From assembly GCF_009914755.1 (NCBI RefSeq), contig NC_060928.1: DNA of 64,000 bases, one strand, 5' to 3'. The position numbers were made by a program, and so were the translations under genes. The notes below the pieces were generated by a model, which saw only the letters and a list, made by a program, of their open reading frames with translations, was not told the DNA's origin and searched no databases. Origin of the DNA: the human T2T-CHM13v2.0 reference genome, Homo sapiens. How positions within the stretch are numbered: the first letter of the stretch is position 1; every line of letters begins with the position of its first letter. Below, piece by piece: positions 45,324 through 60,027 of this stretch.

Positions 45324-45783
45324 TGTGAAAGATTCTTGGGGCTCCCAAATCACTAAGCTAAAGGGAAATGTCAAGCTGGGAACTGCTTAGGGCCAACCTG
45401 CCTCTCATTCTATTCACAGTCACCCCTCTGCTCACTGAGATAGATGCATACCTGATGGCCTCCTTTGAAAAGACTAATCAGAAACTCAAAGGAATGCAAC
45501 CGTTTCTCTCACCTATCTATAACCAGGAGGTCAGTCAGCTTCAAGTCTTCTTGCATTTGCTTCAAGTTGTCCCACCTTTCCAGACCCAACCGATGTATTT
45601 CTTACATATATTGATTGATATCTCATGTCTCCCTAAAATGTATAAAGCTAAACGGTGCCCCAACCACCTTGGGCGTATGTCGTCAGGACTTCCTGAGGCT
45701 GTGTCATGGAAGCGCATCCTCAACCTTGGCAGAATAAACTCTCTAAATTAACTGAGACGTGTCTCAAGTTTTCAGGGTTCACA
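45324..45783 (+). mobile_element. MER4A-like ERV1 solo LTR
   Basis: TGTGAAA...TTCACA termini; aatcactaagctaaagggaa..gtcaagctgggaactgcttaggg; 4-bp TSD gctg/actg; aataaa near 45733. Confidence 0.9.
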
Positions 45784-45849
45784 ACTGTAACAAGAAAATA
45801 TCTTGAAGTAAAACAGCTACAGCAAATGTATTAAAATATAAACCAGACT

Positions 45850-46046
45850 TATGCCTGACATTTCAGCACTTTTGGAGGCTGAGGTAGGAGGACTGCTTGA
45901 GGCCAGGAGTTCTAGACCAGCCTGGGCACCATGGCAAAACCTTGTCTCCACAAAAAAATAGGAAAGTTAGCCACACATGGTGGCATACACCTGTAGTCCC
46001 AGCTACTTGGGTGAGACCCTGTCTCAAAATAAGTAAATAAATAAAA
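45850..46046 (+). mobile_element. AluJ with a large right-arm deletion
   Basis: ggaggactgcttgaggccaggagtt; cagctacttggg joined directly to tgagaccctgtctc. Confidence 0.88.
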
Positions 46047-46600
46047 TATTTTATATAATAATATACAATTATGGACAAAATGTATTCTTCATAATCCTTC
46101 ACAAGGATCAAAAACTTGTCTCATCTTTTCTTAAATGATATAAAAGGCATATAGTTTATTGATTTAAACTATACATAAAATTGTAGATATACAAGCTACT
46201 CAAGTGAAGCATGATGATTCTCATGCCCTGGGTCCTAAGAATAACTTCCTTGCATTCTCAGAAAACATACAAGTAATGAATATGAATGTAATGAATATTC
46301 TCAAAAAGATCCTCACAGTGACTATAGTAAGGAGAAACATAGGGCAGCTTCTTTTTTCACACCTCAGTGCAGGATGATGCATCATGCCAAAATACAATCT
46401 ATTAAAAGCAATTGGATTCTGGGGGAAGGCAGAGAAGTAAAAGGTCCCAAGGACAAAAGATTATGGTTCCATTTTGCAGCAATACGATTTTAAAATTAAA
46501 TCCAAGAATAGATATATTGTAGGGTATTAAAGAACTGTTTACCAATTTGCTATAACTCATTGTTTATTAGTTTTTTATTGTACGTAAGTGTGGTACACAA

Positions 46601-46956
46601 GCATCATAGTCCATTTTGTGCTGTTATCACAGACTACCTAAGACCAGGTACTTTATAAAGAACAGATTTATTTTCTCACAGTTCTGTGGAGTGGGAAGTC
46701 CAATATCAAGGTGCCAGCAGGTTCACTTGTCAGGTGAGGGCTGAATCTTCTGAAGGGGAGGAACACTGTGTTCTCATATGTTGGAAGACAGAACGGCAAA
46801 ATAGCCTAGCACTGCATGAAGCCACTACCATAAGCATCTTAATCCCATTCACAAGGGAGGAGCCCTCATGGTCTAATAACTCATAAGGGCCCCACTGCTT
46901 AATAATACTATCACATTGGCAACACATCCAAGAGGGGACACATCCGAAGCATAGCA
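46601..46956 (-). mobile_element. MSTC/MSTB2-like MaLR LTR
   Basis: tctcacagttctg..gggaagtccaatatcaaggtgccagcag...ttaatcccattcac..ggagccctcatg. Confidence 0.85.
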
Positions 46957-47369
46957 AGTATAATTTAGTACACATAAATAAATTTGAGAGTTTTTCTTAG
47001 AAAAAATATCTCTTGAGTAGACATTTTCAGATTAACTGTCAAATAGAGGTCCATATTCTTCTACTGTCATGTCAACAAGGAATAGGGTTGACATATTTGA
47101 TGAAAGACCAGGAGCCTGATAGCTATGCATGCCTGGAAAGAATATCACCACATGGAGGTTGGTCCCGGTTAAAAACACGAAGTTCTTCTCTAATGTAGTT
47201 AAATGATAAATCATCAACCACCTTCTCTTCCCAAGGAAGAATACATTTCTATAACTTGTCCTACTATCATAAAAATATTAATACATGGAATATAATTTTA
47301 TTTTTTACTATTAATAGATTTTCTACTAACTTTTTGTTAATATAAAAACTCACGTTACCTATGATGATA

Positions 47370-47960
47370 TGTTTATTCAATCAACATTTAATATGAGGGC
47401 ACATAATGTAGAAGGCTTTGTATAAGTTCCAAAGTTTGCTTATGATACAACAGAAGATAAAGAGTAATTAAATAGAATTGCAACTATGAAATAATAAGTG
47501 TTACAGAAGCATAAAAAAGGATAACTACTGATAAGTTACATTTATTGAGTGGCTGCTATATGTTAGAAACTATTATATGTATTTTATGGGTATTATTTCA
47601 CATAATACTTTCATTTTACAGATGAAACCAAGTATGATATGCTATATAATTTGCCTGAGGGTCTGTTAACTCTGAGAGTCTTGGTGATATTAGAAGTGAT
47701 TTTGAATGCTAAAGGTGTTTGAATGTAAGGCAGAAAGTAAGATAAATCCAGGCAGAGGGAATAACAGCAGCAGAGTCATGGAGACTTAACTTCCATGGTG
47801 AGTTTATCGAACGGAATAGACACATGTTGAAGGGGCATAAGGTAATTGGCAGTAGTATGATCCAAAGATGAAAGGTTTTGCAAGTGAGAGCAAGAGATTT
47901 GAGATCTTGTTGGTAATGCAAGAAATCAAATTTTTAGCAGTGAAGTGGCATGAGGAGATC
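47370..47960 (-). mobile_element. L2 fragments with a nested MIR (~47545-47660)
   Basis: attcaatcaacattta; ccaggcagagggaataacagca; catttttacagatgaaac. Confidence 0.55.
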
Positions 47961-48189
47961 CAAGAGAATGGGTAATATTTCTTATAATTTTCTTCCATGT
48001 AGTTTTTTTTTAAAATTATAAAATCGTTGCTCCTAAAAATAAAAGTATATAAATACATTATCTTATTTGTATATATCAATTGTACCTTCTACTATATATT
48101 TCACAAAAATGGAATAATTATTTATATATTTGCCATTTCTTTTTAACCTCTCCCAACCACTTAAATATATATTATAGACCCTTTAAATA

Positions 48190-49560
48190 TGTAAAAACTT
48201 CAGCATTCTTATTTATTCTTATATTTGAAAATTGCATCCTGGTATGCCTTACCATGAACTTTTCCATTCTTCACAGACATCTGGGTATTTTTGGATAATA
48301 CACATATAAGAAAAATACTTACAAATAAAATTGGCGGGTTATAATTGGAAAATGTTAAATGTAGGTAGATACTGTCAGTTTACACTCCAATAAATAGTTT
48401 GCATTTCTACAAACAATAACAGTTTTACCACATCCTTACAATATTATTATTAATCTTTTAAGCTTCTACCAAATTGTTTTGTGATAAATGTGGTATCATT
48501 TTGCATTTTTCCAACATTTCTTCTCTTATTAACAGTGTCTTTTGCCATACAAAAGATTCACTTTTAATACCTTACCTTATTATTATAAGATATCTTCTGT
48601 TATATTTTATTCTCACTCACTCATAATTTTAAATCTTATATTTATACTGAACATACGACTGAAACATTATGATTAATAAAAGATATGAATATTTTATGAT
48701 ATTTTCCATATGGATACCAAATTGTATTAAAGCAATTTATTGAAGAACTATATTTCTGCAGCTCTGAAACACAAGTTTTATGATATATCAAACATTCATA
48801 TATGCACAATCTGTATTCACATCTAATTTGTTTATCAGTCTGTTATTTCTGTACTAAATAACATTTCATTTCAGTCATTGTAGTTTCCAAGTACAATTTC
48901 ATATCTAGCAGAGCAGGTAGAATTTTGTTAGCTACTTTCCAAAATTTGTTCTACCACGTGAGGTGTAGAAATGATTGGCCAAGTGTTTCTAGTATACTAT
49001 TGAACTATTAATCAAAATTTTTAGCTGGATAACGCGATGTGTTACTTTCATTCAAGACTTGTTTTGTACTACTCAGTGTCAGCTTATAATTATTTTATAT
49101 AGTTTGTTATTCCTTTTAGAAGTCTTATAGTTTTGTTGACATTGTGAACAACTATTATATTTTAATTGATTATTACTAAAATTTAGGAAATATTTATCAC
49201 TATTTATCTATAAGTGGACAAATTACTGAAACATAAGTACTATTCCAGTTTATTCTGATTTTGTGGGATAAAAATAAGTTGCCTTGAAGTAATGCTATTC
49301 CGTGACTGCATTTCTAGTATCTTCTCCTTGACTTATCTCATGAGTTGGACCATTAGGACAGTACCAGATAATATATAAAAGCTTTGCTTCTACTTTGGTA
49401 ATGCTTGTAGTATTTTATTCTAAAATATGTTTAGTGATATTTTCTAATATGTTACTAGTTAAGGAAGCTATTGTCATCATTACTGTTTTCTTTTTTAAGT
49501 CAACAGCGTATTTCAAAATTTGTTAGAACTGAATAACACCCTCTATGTCACATCTTTTTG
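48190..49560 (-). mobile_element. Old L1ME/L1M ORF2-3' fragment
   Basis: T-rich antisense L1 pattern (tttccatatggataccaaattg..caatttattgaa; gtagatactgtcag); very diverged. Confidence 0.6.
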
Positions 49561-50714
49561 TAGAAAATAAGTTGACCATATTTCCATTTTATTCTACAAT
49601 TAGCTTATGGCATATATTATTATATAGGTCAATACTTTAAGTTATCATTTGTCAAAATTTTATAGTATTTTAGGGTTATCACCACATAGTTTAACATACT
49701 GTTATGAGAATAGAATATCATGATATACTTTTTAAAAAAACCTCTGGGACTCTTGTTCTTTACAAACTTGTTTATCTTATCTAACCTCCCATCTACTTCC
49801 TGTGCTGCAAACAACGACAATCATCAGACTTTACTTGGCAGGGTAAAAAAAGACAGTTTTTGACTGAAACACTGCCATTTATTAACGTGCCAACTAATAT
49901 AATATTATAACAGCAAATAAAATCTCTTCTTGACCAGTCATTGGAATTAGAACTCAAGCATCAATTTTGGAATGTTTATTACTTGCCTTCTCTAATGGCC
50001 CATTTATATCTAAAATATTTTTAGAGCAAAATGAAGTAGAGCTATGTAGAAGACTTATCAGTCAGTGGAGGATGGGTGCAGCCTCTGAGGACTATGAGAA
50101 GATTACAATCCACAGAGTGTAATGAGAATGCAGTTGGTTATGTTCATACCAATTCTCATTACAATCTTTGTCACTGCAATGAATTCACGGTGTATCATTT
50201 TCCATCCTTGTTATATTCTTTGTCAGAAAAATGATACATCATTCATGCTATCTGCCTCTCTTCCTCACACCCCTCCCCTTATACTTTATTGTATTTTTCA
50301 CAGATTGAATTAGAGGAATAAATTGTGTAGCTCATACAAAGTCCGTGGAAGAGTCTTGATAAATATCAGAAAAAGTCCCAAATCATAAATCCACAGGCCA
50401 TATAATGGAAGTGTAAAACAAAATAATTATAGATAAATATACTGCTCTGAAATTAAAGTATATGCAAATGTGTTTCTTGTGTAAATGACATAAGCAAATT
50501 TCTATAAGGTACTAGAGTAGATTGGCATGGAAATAATGTGAATATAATTAGTAAATCATCCAGTTTCTATCCTCATTCCACAACTCCCCCTTTTCCAATA
50601 GGGCACACATACAGTGGGCTGATGGAGTGTGCTTATGTATGTATGTATTTGATTTGGTTTTGCTTTTTTGTTTACACTTACATTAAATGGTTTTTTTGTT
50701 ATCATGATTAAAGG

Positions 50715-51885
50715 CTATTTAAGGGCAGTTTGAAATTCACAGAAAAATTGAGAAAAAACTTCAGAGAGTTCCCATATCCTCCCTATCCCCACACATGTAT
50801 AGCATCTCCCATTATCATTATCCCCTATCAGAGTGGTATATTTTTTATAATTGATGAACCTACATGGACACATCATAATCACCCAAGTCCATGATTTGCA
50901 TTAGGATTCACTTGATGTACATTCTGTGGGTTTGGACAAATGTATACAGGCATATAGGCATAATTACAGTAACATATATAGTACTCTTACTACCCTAAAC
51001 ATCTTATGTGATCTGCCTATTCATTCCTCTCCCCTAATCCCTGGCAACCAGAGATCTTTTCACTGTCTCCATAGTTTTGCCTTTTCCAGAATGTCACGTA
51101 GTTGGAATAATATATGATGTGGCCTTTCAAGATTAGCTTATTTTACTTAGTGGTATGCACCTACAATTCCTTCATGTAATGGCTTAAGAGCCACAAAAGT
51201 GCTGAATAATATCCCATTGTCTGGATTTAGCATAGTATATTTATACACCTACTGAATAACATCTTGGTACTTCCAAGTTTTGGTCATTATGAATAAAGCT
51301 ACTACAAACATCTATGTGCAGGTATTTGTGTGGACATAATTTTTTCACTCTTTTGGGTAAAAACAAAGGAGCTTGATTGCTGTGTCATATAGTAAGATTA
51401 TGTTTAGTTTTGTAAAAAAACCACCAAACTCTCTGCCAAAGTGGCTATACCACTTTGTATTCCCAACAGCAATGAATGAAAGGTACCATTGTTCCACATT
51501 CTCACCAATATTTGGTGTTGTCAGTGTTCTGGATTTTGGTCATTCTAATAGGTGTATAATGACATCTCATCATTTTAATTTGCATTTCCCTAATGATATA
51601 TGATGTGGACATCTATGCCTTTTTGCCATCTGTACATCTTCTTTGGTGATGTATCTGGTAAGGTTTTTGGACTGTTTGTTGAGTTGTTCCTTTTCTATTC
51701 TGAAGTTTTAATAGTTGTTTGTATATTTTGGGAAACGGTCCTTTATTAGATGTGTATTTTATAAATATTTTCTTCCAGTCTGTGAAGTTTGAATTTTAAT
51801 GAAGTCCAGCTTAGCAATTCTTTCTCTCATGCATTGTGCCTTTGGTATTATATTTAAACAGTTTATTGCCATTCCCAAGGTCTCT
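50715..51885 (-). mobile_element. L1MC1/2-type 3' end
   Basis: ttcacagaaaaattgag..cagagagttcccatat...ttgatgaacctacatggacacatcataatcaccc. Confidence 0.9.
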
Positions 51886-51939
51886 CTGTTTTTTTGTTCT
51901 TCAATCAAAAGACTAAATCTGAGAATTCTGAGGAGTTTT

Positions 51940-52410
51940 AGGGGAAAAAAAAAATCTTTACTTCTACTCTCTTCTGATCTCCAGATGGACCTGAGAATTA
52001 ATTTGGCATAAAATAGACTAATAGATGAGAAGCACACAGATTTTTACATCTACATAGGTGCCTCCAATGGAAAATAAATACCCCAAAATCTGGCCAAACT
52101 GAAATGCTTTTATACTAAGTTGAACCAAGAAAGACAATTATGGAAAATTAAAATATATTGGGAGGCTAAATGGTGATAAAAATGACTTTAAGAAGGTCTC
52201 TTTATGCAGAATTATCTTGTTTTTAACACTGTCCTTGATAAGAATGCTTCTTTTCTCCTTGTATGGGGAGGGAAGCACTGACATGGGAACTTCATCTCGT
52301 CTTTAAGAAAAAAAGGGGAATCAGAATGTTCTTCTTACACATTTTCTTTTTCCGATAGTTAATATGCCACAGCAACATACTTTTGGAGTGGCATGTTCTG
52401 AAAACTTTCA
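51940..52410 (-). mobile_element. MER4-group ERV1 LTR (MER31/MER34/MER67-like)
   Basis: Terminus aatatgccacagcaacatacttttggagtggcatgttctgaaaactttca. Confidence 0.7.
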
Positions 52411-52624
52411 AACCTTACAGTTACTTCTAAAATCTTGATATGCTAAACACAACAGAGAAAATATATTTTCTCTGAATTTCCCAACAACAAAAAAATTCAA
52501 CGAAAATTTACAACATTGCTATATTCTGATTTTCTCCTAAAGTTTCCGTTTGAAACCTATTTTCCAAGGAAATCCCAAAGTTGCAAGAAGAATTTCATTT
52601 TACCTGTTACCTTAGCATAACTGT

Positions 52625-53838
<1,214 letters not shown>

Positions 53839-54394
53839 TTAGACAATTATACAGTCATTTTATTTTTAGGCGCTTACGAGCCACCTCCCCCCATAAAAAA
53901 ATCTACTACCCTATTCAAAACATTTTTTATATTCACACTCACAGTGCCTTTCTTAGGCTAATTGTTACAATGTGGTTGATCCAGGTGTCTCAGGCTCATC
54001 TTACTGATAAGAGAGTAGAAATCCAGCACTTCAAGTTTCTCTGTGGTCAGTCCAGACACTGCAATTCTTAATAATAGTTTGCAATAATAGGACCCATTAT
54101 GAAAATTATTTCGATTATGATAATATTTATATTAATTTTATCTGTAGTTGAATGTTCTTAAAAACTATACCTATTGCTTTTGCTATTTGTAATTGTTTTT
54201 AATTTGTACCCACCCCGCCGCCCCTCCCTTCAACCTACAATTTGGGAAGCTTAGTAATAAACTAGAAACCAGATAATGTTTTGTTGCTTTGAGATATAAG
54301 CATGTTACTCTAAGGTAAATGTGTGTTTGATCAAATAAGGTCAAATGTGTTCCTTCTTAAAGTTTTAGAATGAGTATTAAAATATTAAAGTGTA

Positions 54395-54696
<302 letters not shown>

Positions 54697-54869
54697 TTAA
54701 TGTGTAAGTGAAGTCCTTTAGTAAAGTCTTTAGTAAAGTGACTTGTTCAATTTTGTTTAATCCAGTAGTTCTCAAAATTACTTTATTATGAAGAACTATG
54801 TTACATTACACCTTTTAACAACCCACAGATCAGGACATTGAAGCGTAGTTTTAAAAATGCCATTAAATT

Positions 54870-55227
<358 letters not shown>

Positions 55228-56353
55228 CTATTAAAGGAAATAAAATTCATAAACTAAATTGTCCCTATGGTTCATCTTTGTTTGATGCTTTTTATTAAAA
55301 AACAAACAATAAGGCAATAGGTACCTTTTATGTCACAGAGAACATTTTCAACTCAAAGAAGTCTACACAATGTAAAAATTTTTTGCAGCAGTCTCAGATA
55401 GGAGTATGCATTAGAACTAGGTCAGTAACAAAATTTTTCCAAAGATTTGGGACAACCAAGGAAAAGTCCTGTTTGGAAATGAATTTTTGTGTTGTTTGAG
55501 GCAGAATGAAGAACTCTCATAGGCCCTAAAACCAAAACAAAATTATTAAAGAAAATGAATATGAACTGTATAGGTTGACCCTATAGTTCTATAAAAACAA
55601 ATAAAATCCCATTGTTACCAAGGAGTTCATCCAGAATAGAAGTTGATGCTGCATAAATGTGGTTATCAAATTGAGGGCATACTTTTTTCTCAACAATCTA
55701 AAGTCGGGTTTTAAAGAAGCCACTAAATTTAAGGAAAATTAGTAGTTTTTACTGGACTTCTGTGCCATGAGATGACGTACAATTTCTTACCGTAAATATA
55801 TTTTTAATACAAAGGTTTAAGGTATGTTTTATGTTCATTATAACATATTAATAAATCTAATTTTGTCTAGTGTCATCGTTTAGCAATATGGCAAACTAGA
55901 TAACCAGCACAACTGTAGAACCTTTTAAAATAATATACACTGCTGATCTAGAACAACAGAAAAAATATGCAGAGAATAAAATGAGGAGGAAACAAAACAC
56001 ACTCCAGATAAATAGAAAAGCACAAAAGCAAGCTTTCATCCTAAAGGTTTAAGCCACAATGTGAAGTAACTGAACATCTTCTGTAATAGTTACACAGGAT
56101 TTGAGAGCAAGAGAGAACACAGGACCTTCTCACGGTCAGGAGCCTAATGAGAGACTTCTACATGAACTTGGGACATGAAAAGGAGAAAGTAAAGAGAGAT
56201 ACTGGTCTTATTCTTGGCTTTGGTAGACTGGGAAAATGTTTCTTTCAAATACGTTCAAAGAAGAGAATGTGAAATACATGTTTAATTAAAAAACATAATT
56301 CTTTTTTATTTCAAATATTTTATTATTTCTATATCTCTCCACAATGTAAAAGT

Positions 56354-56467
56354 AAAAGTAAAAATGAAAATGCTCTCCATTATGTTTTATTAGTCTAGCA
56401 TAATTTCATATAAGAGCATAAAAACAAAAAATTAGAGACCACTGTCATGCATGAACAGATACTTTTA
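56354..56467 (+). repeat. 114-bp exact direct repeat, copy 1 (copy 2 at 57824-57937)
   Basis: aaaagtaaaaatgaaaatgctctcc...catgaacagatactttta is identical in both places, offset 1470. Confidence 0.98.
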
Positions 56468-56482
56468 CAATTTTACAATTTC

Positions 56483-57155
56483 TTTTTTTTATTATACTTT
56501 AAGTTTTAGGGTACATGTGCACAATGTGCAGGTTTGTTACATATGTATACATGTGCCATGTTGGTGTGCTGCACCCATTAACTCGTCATTCCCATTAAGT
56601 GTATCTCCTAATGCTATGCCTCCCTCCTCCCCCCACCCCACAACAGGCCCTGGTGTGTGATGTTCCCCTTCCTGTGTCCATGTGTTCTCATTGTTCAATT
56701 CCCACTTATGAGTGAAAACATGCAGTGTTTGGTTTTTTGTCCTTGCGGTAGTTTGCTGAGAATGATGGTTTCCAGCTTCATCCATGTCCCTACAAAGGAC
56801 ATGAACTCATCATTTTTTATGGCTGCATAGTATTCCCTGGTGTATATGTGCCACATTTTCTTAATCTAGTCTATCACTGTTGGACATTTGGGTTGGTTCC
56901 AAGTCTTTGCTATTGTGAATAGTGCCGCAATAAACATACGTGTGCATGTGTCTTTACAGCAGCATGATTTATAATCCTTTGGGTATATACCCAGTAATGG
57001 GATGGCTGGGTCAAATGGTATTTCTAGTTCTAGATCCCTGAGGAATCACCACACTGACTTTCACAATGGTTTAACTAGTTTACAGTCCCACCAACAGTGT
57101 AAAAGTGTTCCTATTTCTCCACATCCTCTCCAGCACCTGTTGTTTCCTGACTTTT
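56483..57155 (-). mobile_element. 5'-truncated young L1PA (L1PA4-like), ~670 bp, no TSD
   Basis: ttattatactttaagttttagggtacatgtgcacaatgtgcagg...; low divergence from the L1PA 3' end. Confidence 0.96.
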
Positions 57156-57823
57156 CAATATAAAAAGCAGTTATAATAAGAATTGAAAAATAGGAATAAA
57201 TAAAAATGAAATTCACTTATTAATGTGTGGATGTTTCTAAAGTGGTAGAAGGGAATTTCTAGGCATAAATACAATAAAAACGAAAGGCTTAAAATGCATG
57301 CAAATCTGGAGGATGAAGTACAATGAATAAAAAAAGAAGTAAAAGAAAATAAATAATAAACATTCAATCATAAATCAATCTAATTATAGAATCAAAAATA
57401 TAGAATAAAGATAAAATTAAAATATTAAAAAATTAACAGTGAGTTCTCTAAGGAAACTAACAAAACAGTTGAAGCTCTAGGAAAATTTAAAAATGAGGAA
57501 AACACAGATAAATTAAGATGGAAATAAGAAAACTAACTCTATATGTTGAGGGAAATAAACAAAAAATAAGGACATTTGCTAATAAATTTACGTTATTTAA
57601 AAATTTAAAAGAATTATATAATATCTAGAAATAGATAATTTCTCAAATGGATATAAGAAACTGAAAACTTCAATAGTCATAAAATCATTAAACTAATTGA
57701 ATCAGTTTTCAAAATCTTTCTGCAGAGAAAACAGTAGGCCAAACTGTATCTATAGAAAAAAATCTTATCAAATACTTAAAAAAAACAAATAATTTTAAAC
57801 GTTTATGTGGTGATTTTCTGAAG

Positions 57824-57937
57824 AAAAGTAAAAATGAAAATGCTCTCCATTATGTTTTATTAGTCTAGCATAATTTCATATAAGAGCATAAAAACAAAAA
57901 ATTAGAGACCACTGTCATGCATGAACAGATACTTTTA
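57824..57937 (+). repeat. 114-bp exact direct repeat, copy 2 (native copy within the old L1M ORF2)
   Basis: Identical to 56354-56467 and colinear with the surrounding L1M sequence. Confidence 0.98.
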
Positions 57938-58204
57938 AAATTGTATAAAATTATTAGCAAACTTAATCCAAAAATGTTTTAAAATTACTATGACCATATA
58001 GCATTTATTTCAGGAATACCTGAATGGTTTAGTATGATAAAATTTATTAATGTAAGTCACATATTTTTAAAGGTATGTTACTATCTCTATCTATGCAGGA
58101 AAGGCATTTGATAAGTTTCAATATTCAAGGGGAAAAAAAAACACTTGTTAAATTTACAGAGGATAACTCTGTCCTAATAAATTATATCTATAAAAACTTT
58201 CACA

Positions 58205-58505
58205 TGGTGGAGCATAGTGGCTCATGCCTGTAATCCCAGTGCTTCAGGAAGCCAAGTTTGGAGGAATACTTGAGGTCAGAAGTTCAAGGCCAGCCTGGAC
58301 AACGTGGCAAGACACTATCTCTACTTCAAAAAAATTAAAAATTAGTTTGGTGTGGTGACACACCTCTGTAGTCCTAGCTTACTCAGGAGGCTAAGGTGAG
58401 AGGATTGCTTAAGCTCAGGAGTTCAATGTTAGAATGACCTATGATTGTGCCCTGCACTCTATCCTGAATGACATAGCAAGATCCTGTCTCAAAACAAAAC
58501 AAAAC
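58205..58505 (+). mobile_element. AluJ
   Basis: aggattgcttaagctcaggagttc...ctatgattgtgcc; (AAAAC)n tail. Confidence 0.92.
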
Positions 58506-58559
58506 AGAATTATAGCAGATAAAATACTAAGAATTTCCCTTTTGGATAAAGTACAAGTG

Positions 58560-58800
58560 GAAGCATTATTACATAGTGGACTTACAAGTCAGATGTCTGA
58601 ATTTGAATCTTAATTCTTTCATTTACTAATGAAGTAAACTTGAGACCACTTAGTAAAGTGTCTATGTTTCATTTTCCTCATCTATTAAATAACAGCATAA
58701 CAGTAATGCCCAACTCAAGGAATTTATGACATTAAAATTAGCTAAAACTGTAAGGTTTAGAACACTTCTTGGTTTATAGTAAGCATGATAAAAATGTGTG
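58560..58800 (+). mobile_element. MIR
   Basis: agtcagatgtctgaatttgaatct...tttcctcatctattaaat...ttagaacacttcttggtttatagtaagc. Confidence 0.7.
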
Positions 58801-59978
58801 TTATATGAATAGAAAAATTCCCCATTCATCACTCTTTCAATATTGTACTGAAGGACCAGTAGAGTCTTGCATAAGACAAAAATAGTACACACTCACATAC
58901 TCACACATACACGAATTCACCTATATTAATTTCAAGCAGCAAGATTCTCATTATTTGCAGATAGTATGATTATCTGCATAGAAAAATCATTTTCAATAGT
59001 AAAATAGAATATAAAGTATCAAGGGATACATCTAAAATAATGATGTGCAAGCATTTTATGGGGCAACTCATAAAACTTTACTGGCTGACTATAAAGAACA
59101 CATAGTGACACTAGGGTCTTAAACAGAAAGTCTCAATATCATGAAGATAAAAGTTGCCCCAAAAGCAATTTATGTAGTCAATGTATTCCCAGTAAAAATT
59201 TCAATGTGTTTGTTGTCTTCTGTGGAAGTCAATTAATAAATTGATCACAAGACATAGATATAAGAGCAGTAATCATAAGACATATATCTTAGAACAGAAG
59301 GACAAAGTTGGAATACATTTTTGCTACAACGTATCTACCCTTCAAATTTAGCTATGGTAATTAAAACAAGATGGTAGTGTTAAAAGTTAGACACACCAAC
59401 TAACAAAAGGAAATAGAAAGACCAGAAACATACCTTCTGATGTAGAAATGATTGACAATAAACCTGACATTACAAATCAGTAGGAAAGGAAACCATTTGA
59501 TAATGATACTGGGCCAATTGGTTATTTGTGTTGAAAACGTTTAAAAGGATACCCACCACACATCATACCAATAAAGAGAGTCTAAGTGGATTCAAAACTT
59601 AATGCAGGAAATACCTTAAATATTTATAAAAGATAATATATGATATTTTTATGACATTGGGTTTATATTGACAATAAAGTAACAATTGATAAATTTGAAT
59701 ATTTTAGATTTAAGAATATCTATTTATCAAAAGCAGTGCTTATTAATCTTTTTCTGATTATCACTGTCCTAAGAATAAAATTTACTACCATTTATCAAGA
59801 TAAATTAAACAACAAAGAGTAAGATTTTACTACGCAGGATTGAATTTTGGATGTTCAGAAACCACTGTATTATCTAAGTTTTTTTTTTTATCTCTAAAGA
59901 AGAAAAACATTGAGAAGGAGAGAAACCTCCCTAACTCCCTACAAAGCCAGTATCATCCTGAGACCAAAGCCAAGAAAA

Positions 59979-59979
<1 letters not shown>

Positions 59980-60025
<46 letters not shown>
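59980..60025. repeat. (CA)~22 microsatellite
   Basis: Uninterrupted CA run. Confidence 0.98.

Positions 60026-60027
<2 letters not shown>

Larger units (their letters stand above)
57156..59735 (+). mobile_element. Ancient L1M(E) ORF2 relic; further pieces at ~62930-63110 and ~63550-63790, possible 5' part at ~55870-56250
   Basis: A-rich sense L1 pattern: gaaaaggcatttgataag, cattatttgcagatagtatgatt (degenerate FADD), gctatggtaattaaaacaagatggta. Confidence 0.7.

Noticed and set aside
45368-45751. 127-aa ATG ORF
   Set aside because: Lies wholly inside a MER4A-like LTR with no recognisable domain.
56354-57937. 114-bp direct repeats as a long TSD or LTR pair
   Set aside because: The second copy does not abut the L1PA 5' end, there are no TG..CA termini or PBS/PPT, and the repeat is old L1 ORF2 sequence.
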